This document shows positions 57,774 through 64,000 of a stretch of DNA of 64,000 bases, piece by piece; position 1 is the stretch's first letter, and every line of letters starts with the position of its first letter. Position numbers and translations under genes: made by a program. Location of the stretch: contig CAZLEY010000005.1 in NCBI GenBank assembly GCA_964558675.1, positions 1,519 through 65,518 of the forward strand, read 5' to 3'. This stretch comes from an uncultured Dehalococcoidaceae bacterium (GTDB lineage Bacteria > Chloroflexota > Dehalococcoidia > Dehalococcoidales > RBG-16-60-22). Under the pieces are notes generated by a model that searched no databases, was not told where the DNA came from, and saw only the letters and a program-made list of their open reading frames with translations.

Positions 57774-58487
57774 ATGCGCCTGTCATCTGCAGAGCCAATC
57801 TTTGAGAACCGCTATGACGCCGGGCGTCAGCTTGCCGAAAAGCTTTATGAATATGCAAATAAGCCTGTGGTGGTGCTGGGTATTCCCAACGGAGGCGTCG
57901 CCGTGGCCCTCAGTGTTGCCCTGGTGCTTGGCGTTGACCTTGACCTCGTCATATCCCGTAAAATACCCCTCCCCCTCAGCCCCGAGGGCGGTTTTGGTTC
58001 TGTGACCGATGATGGCACCATTATCTATAATGAGGAGGTCGTCAAGAAGGCTGGTTTGAGCCAGCAGCAGATAAACTATCAGGTCAGCCAGGTCAGGGCG
58101 GATATTCGTGACAGGAGCCTGCTCTATTTTCGGGACAGGCCGCCCCTCGCCGTCGGCGGCCGCACGGTGATAGTAGTGGATGACGGCCTGGCTTCAGGCT
58201 ATACCATGAGGGCGGCGGTGGCGTCGTTGCGGCACCGTAATCCGGACAGAATAATCACGGCGGTGCCGGTTGCGCCGGAAGCTGTAGTAGAGGAGCTGGA
58301 GAAGATTGCCGATAGTGTGGTAACCTGTGCCGTCAGTTCCTCGCCGAGGTTCTACCTTTCAGATTATTACCGTTACTGGCATGAGATTACTGATGCCGAA
58401 GTTCTCCACTGCCTCAAGGAATGGCGGATGCGGCGCTACGGGCCCAAGATAGAGCTCCCCGAAAAGAAGCAGTTTGCCGAGTCATGA
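57774..58487 (+). CDS. phosphoribosyltransferase-family protein
   Basis: GAAGGAG ribosome-binding site. FENRYDAGRQLAEKL...VVLGIPNGGV and the PRPP loop VIVVDDGLASGYTM. Confidence 0.75.
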   Translation: MRLSSAEPIFENRYDAGRQLAEKLYEYANKPVVVLGIPNGGVAVALSVALVLGVDLDLVISRKIPLPLSPEGGFGSVTDDGTIIYNEEVVKKAGLSQQQINYQVSQVRADIRDRSLLYFRDRPPLAVGGRTVIVVDDGLASGYTMRAAVASLRHRNPDRIITAVPVAPEAVVEELEKIADSVVTCAVSSSPRFYLSDYYRYWHEITDAEVLHCLKEWRMRRYGPKIELPEKKQFAES

Positions 58488-58506
58488 CATTTTAATAGAT
58501 GTCAGG

Positions 58507-58719
58507 CTAGTTCAGGTACCGGTTGCTGGTGAGAAATTCATCAATGTCCTGAGGCATGAATCTGCGGTCACGGCGATAGCCCAGCCGATAGACCTTAAGC
58601 GACCCTCTGTCACTCCACTGTCTGACCGTATTGGAGTGCACATGGAGAAGTCGAGCCACCTCCGAAACGGTTAGCATACGGGCCAGTGGTGCCGTATTTA
58701 CTCTATCCCCCTTTGACAT
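58507..58719 (-). CDS. excisionase-family (HTH_17) DNA-binding protein
   Basis: MLTVSEVARLLHVHSNTVRQWSDRGSLKVYRLGYRRDRRF. Confidence 0.65.
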   Translation of the reverse strand: MSKGDRVNTAPLARMLTVSEVARLLHVHSNTVRQWSDRGSLKVYRLGYRRDRRFMPQDIDEFLTSNRYLN

Positions 58720-59033
58720 CCTCTACCTCAGCCCTGATAACCTGGTGCCTTTTCATATATTAACTGAAGTTAATATTACTTAACAATATGGCGAATATGT
58801 AAAAAATGTAGGGATATTCACCAGATTGTTATCCATGATGCCACCCATAAATACTTCATGCGTGATATAAAACAATAGAGGTAAATGAAAGTAATGTTAA
58901 TAAAAGAATTTGACTTTTTAGGTAATGTAGAATACCATACTGTAGCATTACTATATTCAGATATGAATAACAAGGAGTTAACTAAGAAGGAAATAAAACA
59001 TTAGCAAGTAGCCGGGGAAAACGTTATTGGGGG

Positions 59034-59119
59034 GTGTTGAGCTGTCGTCCTGGAGTGGTTACTTAGATGACAGGGAGCCAGTAGTGAAACCGACCCGAAG
59101 AGGTCGGTTTTATTATTTT
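59034..59119 (+). ncRNA. candidate cis-regulatory leader RNA with intrinsic terminator, copy 2 (upstream of secreted-protein cluster)
   Basis: GTGTTGAGCT, then the stem CTGTCG/TGACAG, then AGGGAGC-cagTAGtGAAACCGACC, then the terminator ACCGACC/GGTCGGT plus TTTTATTATTTT. Homologous to 5644-5728 on the opposite strand. Confidence 0.45.
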
Positions 59120-59263
59120 CTGGAACAGGGGGGTGATTGATATCGGAGTAAGTCGATAAATAATCGTGGTTGACCGAAAAAAGGTGCGATGGCGCTCGGG
59201 AAAGACCGATTAATATATAAAAATAGTAAAGGTAATATATAAATATAATAAAGGAGAAATAAA

Positions 59264-60355
59264 TTGAAAAAGAAAATTTTCAGCATAGTGTTCGCTCTTG
59301 TTCTCTTACTTACCCTGACTCTGGTGCCGGTAACGCCGGCGGCGGCAAACAGTGTTTCCTCTTCGACAATGGTATTCCAGGGAAACACGGATTTTCCCCT
59401 GACGTATAACAGCAGTGATGGAACATACAGCGGAGTTATACCGTGCGTGGTGGACGGTGGTTATGATGTCTATGCCAAAGAGGGGGCTACGGCATGGTTT
59501 GGTGACCAACCTGGAACTGTTCCTGTCTGGACTGCGGTTACCATCGCCGGAAACGATGCCTGGCCAACATGGGATCTCGATACGCCAGATTGGTATCAGT
59601 ACAGTCTGAACCTTTACGAGGACAATGGTGTCCAGAAGTGGGCTATAAGTAACCACCCTGGTGCAACTGTAGACGATCCATGGTATGATACAGCGGCTTG
59701 GGGGTCAACTGGTAAACAGGCATGCGGAGTTCCCATGTCGGGGACGATGGACTGGAATGCCATGCATGCTATGGAAACGGACACAGGAGCGTATCTGACG
59801 GCCTGTGGAGGTACTCCGGAAATCCCAGGAGGGGCCGCAACTAAAGGCGGTGGCGCCGGGTACTGGGATATGGACTGGAGCTGGGGCAGCGAGGCAGTGC
59901 CGCTGCAATTTCCGGGATTTGACGTAACGGTGACTGGCAGCAGCTCGACTGATTATCAGGTAACCCTGACTCCGGCTGCCGCTGGTGCCACGCAGTTGAC
60001 CGTTGAAGTACCGGATATCGTGGCCATCTCGGCAAACCCGACCAGCATTGACTTCGGCTCTTTGGTTCCGGGGCAGACCTCCAGCACATACGACATTGTT
60101 GTAACGAATGTCGGCACTCATGAAGTTGATGTAAATGCGGATGTAAGCGTATCTTCTGCCCTATTCTATAATAACTTAGAGCTTAAGAATACTGCTTCTG
60201 GTTCCTATAGCTATCGGGATTGGGTTGGCATAATACTCGGTTTGGACATGGATGCTTTTGAGACGCTCAGAACCAGAATAACCGTACCATTGAACTACAC
60301 TCCATTGGGTGTTGAGACGGCCCAATTGACTTTTACAGCCACAGGTACACCATAA
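59264..60355 (+). CDS. secreted protein with C-terminal Ig-like beta-sandwich domain
   Basis: TTG start with AAAGGAGAAA upstream. Signal peptide MKKKIFSIVFALVLLLTLTLVPVTPAAA. C-terminal IDFGSLVPGQTSSTYDIVVTNVGTHEV. Confidence 0.65.
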   Translation: MKKKIFSIVFALVLLLTLTLVPVTPAAANSVSSSTMVFQGNTDFPLTYNSSDGTYSGVIPCVVDGGYDVYAKEGATAWFGDQPGTVPVWTAVTIAGNDAWPTWDLDTPDWYQYSLNLYEDNGVQKWAISNHPGATVDDPWYDTAAWGSTGKQACGVPMSGTMDWNAMHAMETDTGAYLTACGGTPEIPGGAATKGGGAGYWDMDWSWGSEAVPLQFPGFDVTVTGSSSTDYQVTLTPAAAGATQLTVEVPDIVAISANPTSIDFGSLVPGQTSSTYDIVVTNVGTHEVDVNADVSVSSALFYNNLELKNTASGSYSYRDWVGIILGLDMDAFETLRTRITVPLNYTPLGVETAQLTFTATGTP

Positions 60356-60421
60356 CTTGCTGAGGGATGGGGGGGTGGTATAATGTAGATACACTCCCCC
60401 CATTTCTCCATTGAGGTAATC

Positions 60422-61057
60422 ATGAAGAGATTTATAGGAATACTGGCAGTGATGGTTTTGGTGCTGGCGCTGGCCAGCCCGGTGCTGGCTGCCAGCCTGG
60501 GTGTAAGCCCCAGCCATGTGGAAATTGAAATTCCGGGTGATGGCAGCGCCACGGCTGATTTACAGGTGCACTACTTTAGCGGCGATGTTCAGGTAAGCCT
60601 GGTAGATATACCGCTCCGGGTAGAGCCGGAGGTACTGCACGTTGACGCTCTCGACGAGCCGGTAGATGTTCAACTTACCATCTACGGCGATGAGTCACTC
60701 GGCTCACAGGTTTACGAGGGTTTTATAAAATTCCTCGGCATGAGCGGCGAGACGATCGCCATCGCCGTGCAGGTCAGAGCCAAGATCACCAACATAGTGG
60801 AAGGCCAGCCGGTGCCGGAAGCTCTGCCGGAAGAGACTCCAGCACCTGGAGAGACTCCAGCGCTAGAAGCTACTCCCGAGGTAATACCACCGGAATCATC
60901 ACCGTCAGCAACGCCTCCAGAACCGCAAGCTACAGAACCGACGGACGGAGTGGAAGGCCTTTCGCTGAACATGGTGATTCTCATCGCCGGAGGCCTGGTA
61001 TTCGTGGGCCTGGTAGTGCTTGCCATAAGCCTGGCAGTTAGGAGGAGACGGTACTGA
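60422..61057 (+). CDS. secreted, C-terminally membrane-anchored protein with Pro/Glu-rich stalk
   Basis: Signal peptide MKRFIGILAVMVLVLALASPVLAA, a beta-sandwich-like core, a PEALPEETPAPGETP linker, then a TM helix plus RRRRY. Confidence 0.65.
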   Translation: MKRFIGILAVMVLVLALASPVLAASLGVSPSHVEIEIPGDGSATADLQVHYFSGDVQVSLVDIPLRVEPEVLHVDALDEPVDVQLTIYGDESLGSQVYEGFIKFLGMSGETIAIAVQVRAKITNIVEGQPVPEALPEETPAPGETPALEATPEVIPPESSPSATPPEPQATEPTDGVEGLSLNMVILIAGGLVFVGLVVLAISLAVRRRRY

Positions 61058-61539
61058 AGACTATCAGGTTTATTTTACCTGTTATATTATGTCTGGTACT
61101 GGCAGTCTCATACTGTCCATTGGTTGAAGCTGACGAAGGCTCGGCCAACGTTACTCTCAAGGCTAATATTGTCTCTCCGCCTTCAGTAATCACCTGGAAG
61201 GCCATTGGAGTAGGTGCCAGGAAGGCTACCCTGTGCGGCATATTAACAAGTTTAGGTGGCGCTTCATCGGTAGCCGTTAGTTTCGGTTGGGATACCGTGT
61301 CCCATACCGACGACCCCGCAGCCTACGGTCACTGGACCTCACCTAAGACTATGACCCGCCCATGGTTCTTCCAGACTCGTATAGATAACCTGACCCCATG
61401 TACCAAATACTATTTCAGGGCTAAAGCGGAAAGCGGTGGCATCACCAGCTATGGTTGGGAATTAAGTTTTACCACTCCTCCGGATAAACACTGGTGGTGG
61501 GGATGGTGGCATTGGTTCTTTGGAAGTGGTGGATGTTAA
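61054..61539 (+). CDS. secreted FN3-like protein with Trp-rich C-terminal tail; probable CTG start
   Basis: The track starts at the TTG at 61120 (MVEADEG). However, the 22 in-frame codons upstream encode a signal peptide, LKTIRFILPVILCLVLAVSYCPLVEA. AGGAGG lies 8 nt before the CTG at 61054, which overlaps the upstream TGA (CTGA). Confidence 0.5.
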   Translation: MKTIRFILPVILCLVLAVSYCPLVEADEGSANVTLKANIVSPPSVITWKAIGVGARKATLCGILTSLGGASSVAVSFGWDTVSHTDDPAAYGHWTSPKTMTRPWFFQTRIDNLTPCTKYYFRAKAESGGITSYGWELSFTTPPDKHWWWGWWHWFFGSGGC

Positions 61540-61630
61540 ATATTAACTGCGGTTACTATTAGGGAGTGTTTATCGGTTATTGCCTTTTTCGGTTGCCTTT
61601 CAGCAGGTAAGGTGCAGTGCCGCCGCTACC

Positions 61631-62380
61631 CTAAGCCCCGGCCATGCCTCCATCCACGTTGAGGACCTGTCCGGTAATATACCTGGCCTCTTCGGAAGCC
61701 AGAAAAGCTACTGCCTCGGCAATATCGCGGGGAGAGCCCGCGTAGCCGACAGGGATATGCTGTAAGAGCTGCTGCCTTTGTTGCTCCCCCAGTGCCTGTG
61801 TCATCTTGGTATCGATATAGCCCGGGGCGATGGCGTTGGCGGTAATACCGCGGGAGCCTACCTCTTTAGCTACGGAACGGGTAAGGGCGATGACGCCGGC
61901 CTTGGCAGCGGCGTAGTTAGCCTGGCCGGCATTGCCTATCAGGCCGATAACACTGGCGATACTGATAATTCGGCCCCAGCGCTGCTTGAGCATATGCCGC
62001 AGTACCGCCCTGGTGCAGAGGAAGGCACTTTTCAGGTCAATATTCAGCACAGTATCCCAGTCCTCGTCGGACATCCGCATTATCAGCTGGTCGCGGGTAA
62101 TTCCGGCGTTGTTTACCAGGATATCAACTTTGCCGAAGGTGCTGACGGCTGTTTCGACAAGACGAGCGACATCTTCTGACGAACTTACGTCGGCGGTAAC
62201 CGCCAGACTCTGCCGGTTCATTGCCCTGATTTCCGCGGCCACACTTTCCAGCGACTCGGCGGCGGGTTGAATGTCATTCACCACGACGTCAGCCCCCACC
62301 TCGGCCAGTTTCAACGCAATTGCCTGCCCGATTCCCCGGGCGCTGCCGGTAACTACAGCGACTCTATCAGTAAGGTCCAT
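61631..62380 (-). CDS. fabG: 3-oxoacyl-ACP reductase
   Basis: Trimmed to MDLTDRVAVVTGSARGIGQAIA. NNAGIT and the YAAAKAG catalytic motif. Confidence 0.9.
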   Translation of the reverse strand: MDLTDRVAVVTGSARGIGQAIALKLAEVGADVVVNDIQPAAESLESVAAEIRAMNRQSLAVTADVSSSEDVARLVETAVSTFGKVDILVNNAGITRDQLIMRMSDEDWDTVLNIDLKSAFLCTRAVLRHMLKQRWGRIISIASVIGLIGNAGQANYAAAKAGVIALTRSVAKEVGSRGITANAIAPGYIDTKMTQALGEQQRQQLLQHIPVGYAGSPRDIAEAVAFLASEEARYITGQVLNVDGGMAGA

Positions 62381-62402
62381 GCTTTCGCCCCCCCCATTAC
62401 GT

Positions 62403-63329
62403 TTACTGGCTGGCCAGGGTCCTGACGGCTTCCAAATCGCCAATGTTTATGGTCTTGGCTTCCTTGTTGATTCTTCTAATTAGGCCGGTCAGCACCTTGC
62501 CCGGTCCTATCTCGATGAAGGTCGGTACTCCCTTTTTGAATATGTATTCTACAGTACGCTGCCACTGGACCGGGTTGGACAATTGATTAATGAGTTCTGA
62601 TTTCACCGCTTCCGCAGTGGTCAGGGGTTCAGCTGTGGTATTGCCGATAACGGGAATAGATGGTTCCTGGAAAGCTAGGGTGCTGATGTACTGGATTATG
62701 CCGTCGACGGCCGGCTGCATCAGTGGTGAGTGGAAAGCGCCGCTTACCTGCAGTGGAATGACCCGGCTGGCTCCGGTGGCGGTTGCCATCTCCATCGCCC
62801 TGTCGATGTTCTCGGCGGCACCGCTGATTACTATCTGGCCCGGAGAATTGATATTGGCGATAACTGTATCTGATTTCCGGCAGATGTCTGCCAGCAAGGT
62901 CTCATCCAATCCGATGATAGCAGCCATACTTCCGGCCCGTGCCTGTCCGGCTTCGTGCATCAGCCGTCCTCTCTCGCGGGCAAGGCGAACGGCCGTGGCG
63001 AAATCAAAAACTCCAGCTACTAAAAGTGCCGTATATTCACCGAGGCTGTGACCGGCAACAAAGGCAGGCGGGGGTAAGCTCATTCCGCATATCTCTCGGG
63101 CTACTTGCAAACAGGCCATACTGGTGATTAACAGGGCGGGCTGAGCGTTAATAGTCTGGCGGAGTTCATCATCGGGTCCTTCAAAGCAAAGCCTGGAAAT
63201 GGGAAATCCCAGCGCTTCATCCGCTTCGTCGAAGATGGCTCTAGCTGAATCAAAATTATCATAAAGGTCACGGCCCATGCCTACTGATTGAGAGCCCTGA
63301 CCGGGAAATACCCAGGCTACTTTAGTCAT
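62403..63329 (-). CDS. fabD: malonyl-CoA:ACP transacylase
   Basis: VFPGQGSQSVGMG and GHSLGEYTAL. Confidence 0.9.
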   Translation of the reverse strand: MTKVAWVFPGQGSQSVGMGRDLYDNFDSARAIFDEADEALGFPISRLCFEGPDDELRQTINAQPALLITSMACLQVAREICGMSLPPPAFVAGHSLGEYTALLVAGVFDFATAVRLARERGRLMHEAGQARAGSMAAIIGLDETLLADICRKSDTVIANINSPGQIVISGAAENIDRAMEMATATGASRVIPLQVSGAFHSPLMQPAVDGIIQYISTLAFQEPSIPVIGNTTAEPLTTAEAVKSELINQLSNPVQWQRTVEYIFKKGVPTFIEIGPGKVLTGLIRRINKEAKTINIGDLEAVRTLASQ

Positions 63330-63436
63330 CTCGGTTGCTTCCCCTCCTTAGAAGAGATTCTAAGAAATGAAGTGGACTCCACGTACCGGATTAACCCCCA
63401 AAAATGGATAGAAGCCTCTCATTCAACAAGATAACG

Positions 63437-63637
63437 TTAACCCCCCCCTCTTTTTTGTCCTTCCATTTTGATGACTTCCCGGCCATTGTAGGTTCCGCAG
63501 GTAGGACAGGCATGATGAGGCAGCTTGGGACTATGGCACTGGGGGCACTCGTCAAGTGCCGGTGGCTTAATGGCACTATGGCTCTGTCTTTTACCGGCAC
63601 GCGCCTTGCTTATTTTTCGCTTTGGTAAAGCTCCCAT
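63437..63637 (-). CDS. rpmF: 50S ribosomal protein L32
   Basis: MGALPKRKISKARAGKRQSH...CPQCHSPKLPHHACPTCGTYNGREV. Confidence 0.9.
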   Translation of the reverse strand: MGALPKRKISKARAGKRQSHSAIKPPALDECPQCHSPKLPHHACPTCGTYNGREVIKMEGQKRGGG

Positions 63638-63673
63638 ATTGCACTCCGTTCTATTATGCTTTTTTACCAGGTG

Positions 63674-64000
63674 TTACAGCAGTTTCGTTAACCGGGACCA
63701 GCGAGGGTCTATTTTCTGTGCCGGGCAGTTGCATGGCCCCTGATTGAGGTTCTTTCCGCAGTTCTGGCACAGGCCGGCACAGTCTTCATGGCAGAGCGGC
63801 TTCATCGGGATAGCCAGAAGGGTATACTGCCGTATCGCTTCCGTTAGGTCAAGTATGTGGTGCTCATCAATGGTAAAGGCTGTCTCCTCAGGAGAGGGCA
63901 GCGGCGCACCGCTTACCACATCTACAGTTGGCAGATACTCCTCTTCAAAGTTCAGGGTCATCAGGTGATGAAACGGGCTCAGGCAGCGACTGCAGGTGAA
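63674..64000 (-). CDS. yceD: YceD/DUF177 family protein, C-terminal part (gene continues beyond window end)
   Basis: CHEDCAGLCQNCGKNLNQGPCNC. The frame is open to the window edge (…TCSRCLSPFHHLMTLNF). Classic yceD-rpmF linkage. Confidence 0.75.
   Translation of the reverse strand, partial: FTCSRCLSPFHHLMTLNFEEEYLPTVDVVSGAPLPSPEETAFTIDEHHILDLTEAIRQYTLLAIPMKPLCHEDCAGLCQNCGKNLNQGPCNCPAQKIDPRWSRLTKLL

Overview
This is a 64-kb chromosomal segment from a probable anaerobic bacterium. GC is roughly 50%, with several AT-rich islets. A Chloroflexota/Dehalococcoidia-like origin is only a weak guess from gene content and the GAAC-N4-GTTC LexA box. All protein calls rest on reading motifs in the supplied translations; no searches were run.

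Layout:
(1) 0.7-5.6 kb: one giant cell-surface protein gene (6 He_PIG-like Ig domains containing a near-perfect 531-bp tandem duplication, a Pro-Thr microsatellite and a C-terminal TM anchor).
(2) 6.0-10.6 kb: an SOS-type mutagenesis cassette imuB / small W-rich ORF / dnaE2, behind a perfect TTGACA-17-TATAAT promoter whose spacer is a LexA box.
(3) 10.6-12.6 kb: an AT-rich islet with an excisionase-type HTH gene, a TAG-interrupted ORF, a BFN-like nuclease gene and an orphan 3' fragment of tRNA-Pro(GGG).
(4) 12.6-19.1 kb: a secreted coiled-coil protein, two adjacent family III CoA-transferases, a geranylgeranyl-reductase-family flavoprotein, an extended GreA and tRNA-Ala(CGC).
(5) 19.1-22.1 kb: a decayed region (XRE HTH, chimeric TatD fragment, transposase remnant).
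(6) 22-43 kb: a molybdoenzyme-rich region with four bis-PGD catalytic subunits, none with a Tat signal. It includes a tightly coupled minus-strand operon (FeS subunit, NrfD-like anchor, catalytic subunit, FixC, FixX, divergent UbiA, two atypical radical-SAM-like paralogs, methyltransferase). It also includes a plus-strand set: a Crp/Fnr regulator, three tandem NTF2/SnoaL-like paralogs and an FeS-less pyrogallol-transhydroxylase-like molybdoenzyme.
(7) 43-48 kb: a TRAP transporter and an FAD-dependent reductase/dehydrogenase, whose promoters share a direct-repeat operator.
(8) 48-53 kb: split methylmalonyl-CoA mutase plus epimerase, a palindrome-rich intergenic stretch, a DhnA-type aldolase and a Zn-ADH.
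(9) 53-58 kb: small proteins, then hpt, adenine deaminase and a PRTase.
(10) 59-61.5 kb: a three-gene secreted-protein cluster.
(11) 61.6-64 kb: fabG, fabD, rpmF and a partial yceD.

Most interesting observations: the FixCX-UbiA-radical-SAM-like-methyltransferase block fused to a cytoplasm-facing NrfD-type molybdoenzyme; the NTF2 trio plus transhydroxylase-like enzyme; and a structured leader element with a terminator present in two copies upstream of the two surface-protein loci. No CRISPR array, rRNA, intact IS element or integrase was seen.
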